From positions 1 to 37,665 of IMG/VR virus record IMGVR_UViG_3300034375_010233: DNA of 37,665 nucleotides; one strand, 5' to 3'. Shown piece after piece: positions 7,937-18,821 of this stretch. The stretch is from a virus. Lineage: Duplodnaviria; Caudoviricetes. Position numbers and translations under genes: made by a program. Below the pieces are notes generated by a model. It saw only the letters and a program-made list of their open reading frames with translations. It did not search any database and was not told the DNA's origin. How positions within the stretch are numbered: the first letter of the stretch is position 1; each line of letters begins with the position of its first letter.

Positions 7937-8533
7937 ATGGCCACACCCATCGCAACAGCAAGCATTGTTCGGCAAGCCTTCCGTTTTATGGAAGTGACGC
8001 CACCGAGTTCGGTGGCAGACAGCTCCGAAGCGGCCAGCGATGCAAACGAGCAATATCCCATCGCTCTGAATATGTGCCTGGAACAGGAAGACTTCAGCTT
8101 TGCCCGCCGTTTTGCCACGCTTCAATTGGCGAACATTCCCGAAGGTGAACGTGCCGATCCCGATATGCCGTTCTTTTACCCGCTGCCGGATGATCTGCTG
8201 AAACTGCGAAATGTTACGCCAAAAGGTACGAAGTGGCGCATCGATGGCCGGTATCTGCTGGCTGACAGCAACGGTGGTATCAGCATTCGATACACGAAGG
8301 TGATCGACAAAGAAGCGCGACTGCCCGCAACTTTTCAGACTGCTGTCAGCTATCAGCTCGCCAATCTTTTGGCCCCCACATACGTTGGATCCCGTACCAA
8401 ACGCGCAGACCTCGTCACAGACGGTGCGACTGCCCTGCGCATGGTGATCGACAATGATGCATTGTCGGCAAGCGCTTCCCGCTGGGATGGCCAGCCTGAT
8501 CAAGGTGATTGGGCTAGCGAGGCCACCCGGTGA
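7937..8533 (+). CDS. Tail tubular protein A (adaptor/gatekeeper)
   Basis: GAGG RBS; FSFARRFATL, YPLPDDLLKLR, LPATFQTAVSYQLA motifs. Confidence 0.8.
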   Translation: MATPIATASIVRQAFRFMEVTPPSSVADSSEAASDANEQYPIALNMCLEQEDFSFARRFATLQLANIPEGERADPDMPFFYPLPDDLLKLRNVTPKGTKWRIDGRYLLADSNGGISIRYTKVIDKEARLPATFQTAVSYQLANLLAPTYVGSRTKRADLVTDGATALRMVIDNDALSASASRWDGQPDQGDWASEATR

Positions 8534-10977
8534 CCAGGTCTCGCACCCCACAGTATTCATTTTCGAGCGGTGAAATCTCACCGCTGCTGTGGTCGCGTCC
8601 CGACTATCAGCGCAATCAGACTGGCCTACGAAAACTGAATGGATATATCCCACTTCGCCAAGGCGGGTTTACACGTGCACCAGGAACGATCTTCCGAGGC
8701 TATACCCGCAACAATGCCAAAGCGCGGCTTATCGACTTTGAATTCGCCGAAAACGATGCGCTGACACTGGAGTTTACCGCTCTGCGCATGCGTGTTTGGC
8801 GCTATGGTGTCTTAGTCAAAGTTGGTGGGGTCCCATACGAGCTCACCACGCCCTACGACGAGGCTGCCTTAGACAAACTTCAGTGGGTACAGTCGGCGGA
8901 CGTCATCTATATTTGCGATGGCACGCAGCCTATTCAGAAGCTGTCACGCTTTGCATTGGATAATTGGACGATCTCGGCGCTGCAATTGGATGCTGGTCCG
9001 TTTCGTATCCAAAATCTTGATGAAGAGAAGACCATCCAGTGCTCAGATATTTACGGGGCAATCGCTGTATGGACAGCAAATGAAAGTCTTGCCGTCGGCG
9101 ACGTGCGTAAGCGTGGACCCCGGGTCTATGAGTTCAAGGGTAACGGGCTATTCAATAGCCCAGGCTCAGTTGGTCCCAATCCTCCGGTCCATGATGACGG
9201 AGAGCAAGGTTATTCGTGGGAGGCCGGTCCGGATGAAACGGTAACGTCTTATTGGCTGTATCTCTATACGACCCCCGCCACCGGCACGATCGACCTCAGC
9301 TCGAACGTTGAGTTGTTTACGGCTAATCATGTCGGAACACTTTTTCGACTGGAGCCGACAGACCTGCAAAATATCCCGTTGTGGACCGGCAATACCGATA
9401 TCGGGATCGGCGATCAGATGCGGTACGGTGGAAACATTTACGAGCTGACAGCCGGGGACAACACAGGAGTAAACCCACCGGTTCATGAGGAAGGGGAACA
9501 GCTCCTCAACAAGTCCGAAGGCACTAAATGGCGCTTTGTGAGCGATTTGGTAGGCGTCGTGCGTATCAAAACGGTGGCAGACGGGTATTCCGCGACAGCT
9601 GATGTGCTGAGCGAAATACCAAGCCCAGTGATCGACGAGCCAACCTATCGGTGGTCCGAGGGGGCATGGTCTGAAATCTACGGCTATCCCAAAAGTATCG
9701 AGATCTATGACCAGAGCCTGTTCGCAGCGTTTACCCCAACTGACCCGCGCGGAGTTTGGGCGTCTACGCTTGGAGACTTTCAGGATTTTGAACCAAGCGT
9801 AGAGGCCGATGGATCGTTCTCCTACACGATCTCAGGCAGCGATAGTCAAAACTCTGGAACTTGGCTGCGACGCGCGCGCCGCGGTATCTTTATTGGTGCC
9901 TTGGGCGAGGTCATCCGGGGCTTTTCCAACGCGAGCGGTCAGCGCATCGGACCAACAACATTTGACACGTCCGTTGAAGCAACCGACGGATCGCGCCCGA
10001 TCCGTCCGATCAACCCTTATGGCTACCCCGTGTTCGTCACGAAAGACGGCACGCGCATTGAGGAAATCCGTTACAGTTTTGAAGAGGACGGGGGTAAACC
10101 GGTCGAGCTTTCTTTGCCGTCTCAGCATCTCGGTGCCCCGGGGTTTGAAGAATTGGCGTGGCAGTCAGCACCGCAGCGCCTCGCATGGATCCGTCGAGGC
10201 AACGGTGATCTAGCCGTCATGCTGTACGATCCTGAAGAGCAGGTTCTTGGTTGGGCGCGCTGTTCAGTGGCGGGCGGTTTCGTTGAAGCCGTATCGGTTT
10301 CAACAAGCGCTGATAGCAAAAGCGATATTCTGACTATTGTCGTACGCCGCGTGATTGATGGCGCGACTGTACGGATGATCGAAGAGCAGGCGGTGGTGTT
10401 TGGAATTATCGCAGGTGACCAGCCTATCAGTGATGCGATCCATTTCTTTTCTGTCAGCCAGTTCCAGCCGGAAACCCCCAGCAAGACGTTTTCTGTTCCG
10501 CATCTGGTCGGCGAGAAGGTCTATGCTTGGACAGAAGCGGGACAGTTCGGCCCCTTTGTCGTTCCTTCTTCAGGCGAAGTGACATTGGATAGTGCTGTAT
10601 CTAAGGCGTCGATCGGTCTGTTTGACAATGAGCATGAAGCAGAATTGCTGGATATTCCCGCACCGGCACGGGATGGATCCTCGATCGGCCGCAAAAAAAA
10701 GCTGCATGCCGGATCAGGCATTGTCCTTTTGAAGACCGCAGCCGGCCACGTCCAGTCAGTTGAGCGTAATTTCAAACAGCAACCTCGATACGGCCGGTTT
10801 CAAGAATTGGTCCCGCAGCAAATCGCATCGGAAATCGTGACAGCATACGATGGCACCGCGCGCCTCGATACAACGTCTGGGTTTGCCGACGAAGTGTCCC
10901 TGAGGTTTACCCCTGATGGGGGTGCCCCCATGACGATCGGCGCGATCATTCCGAACATTGAGGAGGCGAACGCCTGA
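8530..10977 (+). CDS. Tail tubular protein B (nozzle) with inserted carbohydrate-binding-like repeats
   Basis: QYSFSSGEISPLL, QSADVIYI, GAWSEIYGYPKSI, QVLGWAR motifs. Confidence 0.88.
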   Translation: MTRSRTPQYSFSSGEISPLLWSRPDYQRNQTGLRKLNGYIPLRQGGFTRAPGTIFRGYTRNNAKARLIDFEFAENDALTLEFTALRMRVWRYGVLVKVGGVPYELTTPYDEAALDKLQWVQSADVIYICDGTQPIQKLSRFALDNWTISALQLDAGPFRIQNLDEEKTIQCSDIYGAIAVWTANESLAVGDVRKRGPRVYEFKGNGLFNSPGSVGPNPPVHDDGEQGYSWEAGPDETVTSYWLYLYTTPATGTIDLSSNVELFTANHVGTLFRLEPTDLQNIPLWTGNTDIGIGDQMRYGGNIYELTAGDNTGVNPPVHEEGEQLLNKSEGTKWRFVSDLVGVVRIKTVADGYSATADVLSEIPSPVIDEPTYRWSEGAWSEIYGYPKSIEIYDQSLFAAFTPTDPRGVWASTLGDFQDFEPSVEADGSFSYTISGSDSQNSGTWLRRARRGIFIGALGEVIRGFSNASGQRIGPTTFDTSVEATDGSRPIRPINPYGYPVFVTKDGTRIEEIRYSFEEDGGKPVELSLPSQHLGAPGFEELAWQSAPQRLAWIRRGNGDLAVMLYDPEEQVLGWARCSVAGGFVEAVSVSTSADSKSDILTIVVRRVIDGATVRMIEEQAVVFGIIAGDQPISDAIHFFSVSQFQPETPSKTFSVPHLVGEKVYAWTEAGQFGPFVVPSSGEVTLDSAVSKASIGLFDNEHEAELLDIPAPARDGSSIGRKKKLHAGSGIVLLKTAAGHVQSVERNFKQQPRYGRFQELVPQQIASEIVTAYDGTARLDTTSGFADEVSLRFTPDGGAPMTIGAIIPNIEEANA

Positions 10978-11510
10978 TGTGTGAGGTGATTACCACGGCA
11001 CTGTTTGCGGCTTTATCTGGTGGTGGTGCAACAGCTGCTGGCGCGACAGCAACTGCCGCCACAGCAGGCGCGGGACTTGCAAATTTGGGTACCCTCTTGG
11101 CAATCGGGGGAAGCCTTTACCAAGGGGTATCGGCCAACCGGGCGGCAAAGCAGAATGTGGCCCTGATCGAGCAGCAGAAACGCACCGAAGCCCAATTGAC
11201 CGCTGTGAAGGATCAGCGAGAACGGATGCGATTTGCCTCCGCGATATCTCAGCAATCAGCGGAACTTGCGGGACGTGGGGTGAACCTCAATAGCCCTACT
11301 GCGGTCCTATTAGGCCAGACTGCTGCAAGAGAAATGTCTTTCAACTCTCAGTCTATTCGTAGCGGGGGGCAAGCGCAGCAAGCCGAATTGACCGGTGAAC
11401 AGCTCATAACATCGTCGCGCGGGCGTAGTGCTTTGCTGAAAGGCGGCATGTCAGCGGCAGGTAGTTTCCTCACGAAAGCGCCCGACATGTGGCCGGCGCT
11501 AGGCTCATGA
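10977..11510 (+). CDS. Internal virion (ejection) protein, gp14-like
   Basis: MC start, A/G-rich hydrophobic N-terminus, AGRGVNLNSPTA motif, position after the nozzle. Confidence 0.75.
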   Translation: MCEVITTALFAALSGGGATAAGATATAATAGAGLANLGTLLAIGGSLYQGVSANRAAKQNVALIEQQKRTEAQLTAVKDQRERMRFASAISQQSAELAGRGVNLNSPTAVLLGQTAAREMSFNSQSIRSGGQAQQAELTGEQLITSSRGRSALLKGGMSAAGSFLTKAPDMWPALGS

Positions 11511-13576
11511 CCTTAACTGTCCCTAAAGCTGGTAGTGATGCCGGCCGCGCCCCCCGTGTTCGGGTCGAAGCGGCTCAGACCGGTGACGTGGTTGCCCGTT
11601 TTGGTGAAGTTGCCAAGCAGATCGGTTCCGCCATGGAAACCGACTATCTTTCACGCGAAGCGCAACGGTTCCAAACCGATTTGACGGCGGACATGAATGA
11701 TCTGCGCCTGCAGGTTTCGCAAATAGGAGATCCTGACGCAGCTGACTACGCCTGGCAGAAAGGCGTTGAAGGTCTAAAAGATGCCTATATCACCGGTCAA
11801 ACCGAGGATGGCCGGCCGCGCGTCAGCGAGAAAAACATAGAGCGCTTCGGCCTGACGTTTGATGAGCTTAATAATCGCAACACGTTTTCATTGGGCAAGC
11901 AAACTTTGGCGGCGCGCCAGTCACAGCGCGAAGCCGATTTTATCAAATACTCGCAAATCGCGACACAGCAGGGTGCTGTCAGCGATCCAGAAATGCGCGC
12001 AACGCTGCTGGGGCAGGGCTACGATAAAGTCGACGAAATGGTCGCCCAGGGTGTCATCGATGCAGCCGAAGGCGAGCGTCGCAAGATCGGGTTGACCGAA
12101 AACGTCGACAATGCACGCGCGATCGACATGGTGTCGAACAATCCCGAAGCATTTCTGGCAGCCAGCGAAAGCGGCGACTTTGGCGGATTGCCCGCTGACA
12201 TTCAGGCCCGGTACCGCGTCCAGGCGCAGGGCAACATCGACCGTGCTGCAGCAGCTGCCCACACGGCAGCCGAAAAGGTCGCAAAAGAACAGGCCGCGAT
12301 CGTTGCAGACCGGCTGGAGGCCATCCGCGATGTGCGCGCTGGCGACATGAAATCCGTCGATGAAGCCTGGCTGGCAAGCGACGAAGCCAAGGCATCCCCC
12401 GATTATCCGGAAACCATGGCGGCGCTGTCGCTGTCGAACGAAGAACCGATGCTTGCGCAGAAGACGCCTGCGCAGCTCGAAGCGATGATCGCGGGCGAAG
12501 AGGCACGGCCGGTTAAACACAAATATCAGACCGAGCGGGTCAAGGTTCTGCGTGATCTGAAGGAAACGGCGCAACAGGCCTGGGAAAAGGACCAGGTCGC
12601 ATATGCGCAGGAGGTCGGTCTTTATGTGCCGGATCTGCCCGACTTCGATCCAGCAGATCCTGCTGCCTACGGCAAGGCTTTGCGCGGCCGGCAAGCAGCT
12701 GCGCAATCTCGTGTCGAAGAGGGCTACGTCAAGCGTCCGGTTGCCTTGTCCGACGCAGAGCGCGCCGAGATCGAGACGCGCGCAAAGTCTGATCAGCCGG
12801 TTGCAGATCGTCTTGCCCTGGCAAAATCGCTATCGATCGGCTTTGGCGGGGAAGCACGGACAGAAGCGCAGCGGCTGAACGAAGATCCGGTCTTTGGCTG
12901 GGTGACATCGCTGGTGTCGAAAGGTCTGCCGGACAAGACGGCCCGCGAGATCCTTGCTGGTCAGACGAAGCTGGATCAGAAAACGGTTGCGGTGCCATCC
13001 CGCGCCCAGGCGATTGAGGAGTTTCATACCCAAACGGAAAACAACTTCCGTGATCTGCCGGGTATGACCGAAGCGGTGATCGGTGCTGCCATCGCTCACT
13101 ATGCAGAAACCAACCCGATCGCTGATCCGTCCGAAATGGACGGCGAGGCGTTCCAGCGATCTGTGAACCTTGTGCTGGGCGCAACCCAAGGGCGTAACAA
13201 CGATCTGTCCGTCGGCGGTATCCAGCGGATCGATACGGACTGGCTGGGCAAAGGGTATTTGCTGCCATTGCCGCCCGGGATCGCAGCAGAGGACGTCGAA
13301 ACAGTTATCGGCACTGTTGAAACGGATCTGCGCAATTCCGACATGACCCGGCTTCAGGCAGCATCGATCGCGGGCATTCTGCCCGACTTCGAAGGCAGTG
13401 ATCCTGCAGACATCTGGCAAGATACCGAGCTGGTACCGTTCTGGCCCGAAGGCGACCACGCGCCGATCTATGTTCTTCAGCGCACCCGCAACGGACGGCC
13501 GACGTATCTGGCGGGTGAAGACGGCAGCGTCTTCAAGCTGGATCTGCAAAAACTGATCAGCGGGGTGTCGCAATGA
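11507..13576 (+). CDS. Internal virion (ejection) protein
   Basis: Large helical, Ala-rich protein; ATGA overlap; synteny. Confidence 0.7.
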   Translation: MTLTVPKAGSDAGRAPRVRVEAAQTGDVVARFGEVAKQIGSAMETDYLSREAQRFQTDLTADMNDLRLQVSQIGDPDAADYAWQKGVEGLKDAYITGQTEDGRPRVSEKNIERFGLTFDELNNRNTFSLGKQTLAARQSQREADFIKYSQIATQQGAVSDPEMRATLLGQGYDKVDEMVAQGVIDAAEGERRKIGLTENVDNARAIDMVSNNPEAFLAASESGDFGGLPADIQARYRVQAQGNIDRAAAAAHTAAEKVAKEQAAIVADRLEAIRDVRAGDMKSVDEAWLASDEAKASPDYPETMAALSLSNEEPMLAQKTPAQLEAMIAGEEARPVKHKYQTERVKVLRDLKETAQQAWEKDQVAYAQEVGLYVPDLPDFDPADPAAYGKALRGRQAAAQSRVEEGYVKRPVALSDAERAEIETRAKSDQPVADRLALAKSLSIGFGGEARTEAQRLNEDPVFGWVTSLVSKGLPDKTAREILAGQTKLDQKTVAVPSRAQAIEEFHTQTENNFRDLPGMTEAVIGAAIAHYAETNPIADPSEMDGEAFQRSVNLVLGATQGRNNDLSVGGIQRIDTDWLGKGYLLPLPPGIAAEDVETVIGTVETDLRNSDMTRLQAASIAGILPDFEGSDPADIWQDTELVPFWPEGDHAPIYVLQRTRNGRPTYLAGEDGSVFKLDLQKLISGVSQ

Positions 13577-16329
13577 CAATCCTGGTTGAAGAACCGCAGA
13601 ACCCCGAGGGCGTGACGGCCGCAACACCCGAGCTTTCGTTTGGCGAGAAGTTTTCGGCCGCCTGGAAGGAACAGACGGTGCGCCCGGATGTCTGGTCCTA
13701 CTCCAGCCGTGTCAAGCTGGGCTACAAGCGCGAGATCTTCGATAGCCTGCCTTCAGAGGCAAAGCAAAGGTTGGCTGCCGGTGAGCAGCCATTTGCGATT
13801 GATACCGACGCGGCGGATAGCGCTCTGTTTGAAGAGGCGCAAAAAGCCCGCAAAGAAACGCCCAACGACTGGATCAATCTGCCCACCAGCGCAGACGAGC
13901 TTGAGGAAAAAACCCTGAAGCGCCGCCAGGATGAATTGAAGGAAGCACAGGATCTTCTGGCAATTGACGGCGGCGGGTTCGCAGGTTTCGTCGGCGGCAG
14001 TGCGCGCGCGATGACAGATCCGCTGAGCCTTGCAATGCTGCCCCTTGGCCTTGGTTCGGGCAGCCTGATGCGCCTGACCTTATCCGAAGCTGTTCTAGGT
14101 GGCGCAAGCGAAGCGCTGCTGCTGCCGCGCGAATATAGGGTTGCTGGAGAACTTGGCATCGAAGATCCAAACCCGGTCGCACGCATAGCTCTTGGGGCTG
14201 GCCTGGGCGGCGGCTTTGCTCTCGGCATCGGCGGAGCGGCCCGCATGCTGTCCTACGGCGCATTGCGTCGTGAAGGTGCCAAACAGGCGGGCAGGGCAGG
14301 TCAAGCCACAGACGTCGATGCGGTCAATCAGGCCTATGAACGGTTGAGCACCCTTCAGGATCTGGATGCTGATGTGCCTGCGTCCCCAGCCGCGCCCTGG
14401 GCAAGACCTGCGCCACCGAATTGGGAAGCGATCAAGAACGGGATTTTTGTTGGTGAAAGCGGTGGCGATTACAACGCGCTGTTTGGCTATCAGAACCGGA
14501 CCGGCGGTCGCTATGCGAATGTGAAACTGACCGAGATGACGGTTGATGATGCGATCGCGTTTTCCAACGTCAACGGCGACTATGGGCAATGGGTTAAAGG
14601 GCAGATCGGGCGGGTCGCCACTCCAATGGGTGCCTACCAGATTGTCGGCACCACGCTGAAGGCGGCCAAGAAGGGCTTGGGTCTGACTGGCAAAGAGGTC
14701 ATGAGCGAAGATCTTCAGGATCAGCTGGGCATGTGGATCTATCGCCGTCAGGGCACCGGCGCTTGGGAAGGCTATCGGGGGCCGCGGAGCCAGCCGCCAC
14801 GCATGGCAAGCGGAGACGCACCGGCACCTGAATTCACGGGCTACACCAGTCGGGGCTACACTGGCACCGGGCAGGTCGCCGTCGGAGACAATCTTCGCAT
14901 CGATGTCGAATATCAGGTTGTTGACCTGTCCAGCTTGCGCCAGGCGGCGGGCGATCTGCAGCCGCGTGACCGTGCGCGGGCGGCATCCGATGCCTGGGTG
15001 GCTGACACGGCCGCGCGGCTTGATCCAGCGCTGTTGATGCCCAGCCCGACGGCCGACCGTGGCGCGCCAATTGTGGGCCCCGACAACATGATCGAAAGCG
15101 GCAACGGCCGCGCGCGTGCAATCGGGCGCGCCTATGCTGAAAACCCCGATCGCGCGGCAGCCTATCGCCAGCAGATCGAGTTGACCACGGGCCAGCCCAT
15201 CCCTGAAGGTATCACGGAACCTGTCCTAATCGCACGCCGCCAGACAGCGCTTTCCAGCGGCGACCGTCGCCAGATGGTGGTGGAAGCGCAGGACAGCGGT
15301 GTTGCGCGCATGAACGCCACGGAGCGGGCGCAGGTAGGCCAGCGTGCGCTGACGGCTGATCTGATGTCCCGCTATGTGCCCGGCCGCAAATTCAGCTCAG
15401 CTGAAAACCGCGACTTCGCCAGGGCGTTTTCAGGATCCTTTCCCAGATCCGAACGTAATGCCTTTTTCGACAAGGATGGCGCGCTGTCGATCGACGGCGT
15501 GCGTCAGCTCAACGACGCTGTCTTTGCTCGCGCCTATGAGGCCCCCGACATTCTAGCCCGCTACGTTGAGACTGAACCTGGTGAACTGCGCAGCCTTCTG
15601 GAAGCGCTGTCGGAAGCAGCGCCAGACATCGCGCTGCTGCGCGCCGAGATCGAGGCAGGCAATGTCCGGCCGGAAATGGACATCACGCCGTTTGTCCTCG
15701 ACGCGGCACGCCTGATCATGTCGGCCCGTGACTTGGCAGCACGCGAGGGCAGCACGGCCGCGAAAGTCGTTGAAGAAATGCTTGACGACATTGACTTGCT
15801 TGATGGCGCTGTAGCCCCGCTGACGCAGGCGCTGGTGCGTCATCTGGTGCCCGGCGGCAAGCAGGCCCCGGCAGCCAAGATCAGTGCCTTCCTAAAGCGC
15901 TACGTGGACGAGGCGCGCAAAGCCGGCCGCACGGGCGATGCCCTGTTTGAGCAGCCCGGCCCGTTGGACGTTCTAAAGGCGATCGACAGCCGAGCGTTTG
16001 GGGATCTGGTGGAAACCGGCGCGGCGCGGATGGCAAACCCGGTGCCGGCACAGGTCGATGCTGAAGTGATCCCGGCCGAGGCGTTTGCCAAAGGTGCTGC
16101 ATCGCCGGAAGCGCAGGCAGCTGATGCGCTGGCTTTCGACCAGCTGGTCGAAGCGCAGCGGGCGGCCATACGCGCCAACGCATCGGCCCTGGCTGACGTG
16201 GCCGACGATCTGGAATTCAAGGTCGAAGGCGGCGAGGTCATCTCGCTGCGCGATTTCATGGAAGATTTGGACGCGGACGAAACGGCTCAGGCCGTCATAG
16301 ACGCGTGCACACTTGGGGGGGCACGCTAA
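13573..16329 (+). CDS. Internal virion protein with a lysozyme-like muramidase domain and a DdrB-like ParB domain
   Basis: GESGGDYNAL...TPMGAYQIVGTTLK...QDQLG (~14420-14775); LQPRDR...LDPALL...DRGAPIV...IESGNGRARAI (~14900-15300). Confidence 0.75.
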   Translation: MTILVEEPQNPEGVTAATPELSFGEKFSAAWKEQTVRPDVWSYSSRVKLGYKREIFDSLPSEAKQRLAAGEQPFAIDTDAADSALFEEAQKARKETPNDWINLPTSADELEEKTLKRRQDELKEAQDLLAIDGGGFAGFVGGSARAMTDPLSLAMLPLGLGSGSLMRLTLSEAVLGGASEALLLPREYRVAGELGIEDPNPVARIALGAGLGGGFALGIGGAARMLSYGALRREGAKQAGRAGQATDVDAVNQAYERLSTLQDLDADVPASPAAPWARPAPPNWEAIKNGIFVGESGGDYNALFGYQNRTGGRYANVKLTEMTVDDAIAFSNVNGDYGQWVKGQIGRVATPMGAYQIVGTTLKAAKKGLGLTGKEVMSEDLQDQLGMWIYRRQGTGAWEGYRGPRSQPPRMASGDAPAPEFTGYTSRGYTGTGQVAVGDNLRIDVEYQVVDLSSLRQAAGDLQPRDRARAASDAWVADTAARLDPALLMPSPTADRGAPIVGPDNMIESGNGRARAIGRAYAENPDRAAAYRQQIELTTGQPIPEGITEPVLIARRQTALSSGDRRQMVVEAQDSGVARMNATERAQVGQRALTADLMSRYVPGRKFSSAENRDFARAFSGSFPRSERNAFFDKDGALSIDGVRQLNDAVFARAYEAPDILARYVETEPGELRSLLEALSEAAPDIALLRAEIEAGNVRPEMDITPFVLDAARLIMSARDLAAREGSTAAKVVEEMLDDIDLLDGAVAPLTQALVRHLVPGGKQAPAAKISAFLKRYVDEARKAGRTGDALFEQPGPLDVLKAIDSRAFGDLVETGAARMANPVPAQVDAEVIPAEAFAKGAASPEAQAADALAFDQLVEAQRAAIRANASALADVADDLEFKVEGGEVISLRDFMEDLDADETAQAVIDACTLGGAR

Positions 16330-18821
16330 TGGCGAACCTGCACGACTGCATCCAACGGGCGATGGATGCCAAAGAATTGGACACGACGCGCGGCCGCGCG
16401 ATCTTGTCCGAATACGATCAGCTGGTGGCGCGGTACGAACAGGCGATGCCACGTCACCAAGCTGAAGCGACAGCCGCGGCCAATTTGAAAGAGGCAACTT
16501 CAAAGGCCCGGCTGTCGCGCCGACACAAAGTACTGAACCAGCTGCAATCGATGCAACGGATCCGCAACCTGGTCGAAACTTCCGATGACCCGCTGCGGGC
16601 CGTGCGCGCGCTACTGGCGCATCAGGAAGGTTTCGACTTCAAGGGCGAGAACGTCCAGGCGCTGAGCGACGCGATGATGCGATCTGTCAATGCCGGTCTG
16701 AACGACGTCATGCGCACCACAGGCCGTAACATCTTTGGCAACAGCCGCGAAAAGGTCATGCTGCGCGACTTGATGCGCGAGCTGCACTTGCAGGACAGTG
16801 GCAACGCCAAGGCCAAGGTGATGGCTGATGCCGTGCGCCACCAGCAGCGCCGAATGCGGCAGATGTTCAATGCCCATGGCGGCGACATCGGCGCGCTGGA
16901 CGATTTCGGCGTATCCCACAGCCATGATACCGCACAGATCCGCAAGGCTGGCTTTGACGTCTGGTCGCAAACCGTCGCGCCCAAGCTTGACTGGTCACGG
17001 ATTACGGATTTCAGAACCGGCAAGCCTTTTGCGTCAGCAGCTGGCGCAATGCCCCGGAAGGGCGATGCCGATGCGTTTTTAAAGGATGTCTATGACGGGA
17101 TCACGACGCGCGGCTGGGACACGCGTGAGCCATCGCTGACCGTTGGCGGCAAGGCGCTTTATAATCGCCACGCCGAACACCGGGTGCTGCACTTCAAGGA
17201 TGGCGATGCCTGGTTGGAATACAACAAGGAATTCGGCACGTCCGACCCGTTCAGTGCGATGATCGGCGGCTTGCATGGCATGGCCCGCGAAGTGGCCCAG
17301 ATGCGCGTCTTGGGTCCGAACCCGCGCATGGGACTGGAATATGCCAGCCAGGTCGCGCGCAAAAAGCTTGAGATGGCGGGCGATCCAAAGATGCTTGCCA
17401 AGGCAGACCAGTCGGCAAAGCGTGCCCGCACCTTACTGGCCCATGTCGATGGATCTGTGAGTGCGGCGGAGAGTGAAGGCTGGGCGCGATTTTTCGGAGG
17501 GGTGCGAAACACGCTGACAGCAACCCAGCTTGGGTCCGCGATCCTATCGACGCCAACGGATATGGTGACGATCAGCCATGCGGCCGCTGCAGTCGGCATG
17601 CGCCCGACTAACGTTCTGTCAAGGTCGGTCCAGCTGATGTCGAGCAGCGCGACACGCGAAACCGCTGCGCGCATGGGCTATGTTGCGGACACATTGGCTT
17701 CTACTGGCCAGGCGGCTGCGCGTTTTACTGGCGATGTCATCTCGGGCGAGTTCACCGGCCGGCTGTCGGATTTTGTCATGCGGGCGTCAGGTCTTTCGTT
17801 CTGGACCGACATGAACCGCACCGCGTTCAAAATGGAGTTCTCTGGCTTTCTGGCTGACAATGCCGATCGCGCCCTTGACGACATCGATGCGCCACTGCGC
17901 AAGCTGTTCGAGCAACGAGGCATCACGCACCAGGACTGGGATCTGTTGCGCGATGTCCAGACGCAGTTCGTAGCACCTAATGGTGCCAATTTCATCACGC
18001 CCCAACACTGGCTTGAGCATCAGACGATTTTGCCCCGGGTCGAAGCCGAAGGGTTGGCCATGCGTCTCCAGATGGCGATTGAAGAGCAGATGGAATTTGC
18101 CGTTCCCACCGCGAACGTTGAGATGCGCGCCGTAACAATTCAGAACAACGCACCCGGTTCCTTTATGGGCGAGCTGGCCAGATCGGTCACAATGTACAAA
18201 TCCTTTGGGCTGTCGCTGTTCATCAATCAGTATCGCCGCTTCATGTCCCTGCCGTCGCCGCTGGATAGGGCAAAATACGCTGCCACAATGGCATCTGGTC
18301 TGCTGCTTATGGGCGGGCTGGCCATCCAACTGAAGGAACTGTCCAAGGGGAACGATCCTCGGCCAATGAATACGCTAAAGTTCTGGGGCGCAGCACAGAT
18401 GCAGGGCGGTGGCTTCAGCATCTTTGGGGACTTTCTGGCTTCAGAGACAAACCGATTTGGCGGTGGCTTGGCGGAAACGATCGCGGGGCCAGTCGTGAGC
18501 TTAGGCAGCAGTATCATCAAACCCGTTGCGTCAAACGCACGCCGTCTGGCGGAAGGCAAAGACAGCCTGCTGGGACGCGATGCTGCTAACTTCCTGCGCT
18601 ACAACACGCCAGTCGCGTCGAGCCTTTGGTATCAGCGGCTCGCCTTCGATCGGCTGGTTGCTGATCAGGTCCAGTCCTTTCTGGATCCCGAGGCCGAAAC
18701 CCTCTGGAAAAAGCAGATGCGCAAAAAGGCCAAGGACTACGGCACGTCGACGTTCTGGGATCGCGGCGCGCTTGCCCCATCCCGCCTTCCCAACTTTTCC
18801 AACGTAGGAGGTGGATCATGA
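16329..18821 (+). CDS. Large internal virion (ejection) protein
   Basis: TAATG overlap; HRVLHFKDGDAWLEY, GELARSVTMYKSF, KGNDPRPM, GGGFSIFGDFL motifs with a hydrophobic segment. Confidence 0.8.
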   Translation: MANLHDCIQRAMDAKELDTTRGRAILSEYDQLVARYEQAMPRHQAEATAAANLKEATSKARLSRRHKVLNQLQSMQRIRNLVETSDDPLRAVRALLAHQEGFDFKGENVQALSDAMMRSVNAGLNDVMRTTGRNIFGNSREKVMLRDLMRELHLQDSGNAKAKVMADAVRHQQRRMRQMFNAHGGDIGALDDFGVSHSHDTAQIRKAGFDVWSQTVAPKLDWSRITDFRTGKPFASAAGAMPRKGDADAFLKDVYDGITTRGWDTREPSLTVGGKALYNRHAEHRVLHFKDGDAWLEYNKEFGTSDPFSAMIGGLHGMAREVAQMRVLGPNPRMGLEYASQVARKKLEMAGDPKMLAKADQSAKRARTLLAHVDGSVSAAESEGWARFFGGVRNTLTATQLGSAILSTPTDMVTISHAAAAVGMRPTNVLSRSVQLMSSSATRETAARMGYVADTLASTGQAAARFTGDVISGEFTGRLSDFVMRASGLSFWTDMNRTAFKMEFSGFLADNADRALDDIDAPLRKLFEQRGITHQDWDLLRDVQTQFVAPNGANFITPQHWLEHQTILPRVEAEGLAMRLQMAIEEQMEFAVPTANVEMRAVTIQNNAPGSFMGELARSVTMYKSFGLSLFINQYRRFMSLPSPLDRAKYAATMASGLLLMGGLAIQLKELSKGNDPRPMNTLKFWGAAQMQGGGFSIFGDFLASETNRFGGGLAETIAGPVVSLGSSIIKPVASNARRLAEGKDSLLGRDAANFLRYNTPVASSLWYQRLAFDRLVADQVQSFLDPEAETLWKKQMRKKAKDYGTSTFWDRGALAPSRLPNFSNVGGGS

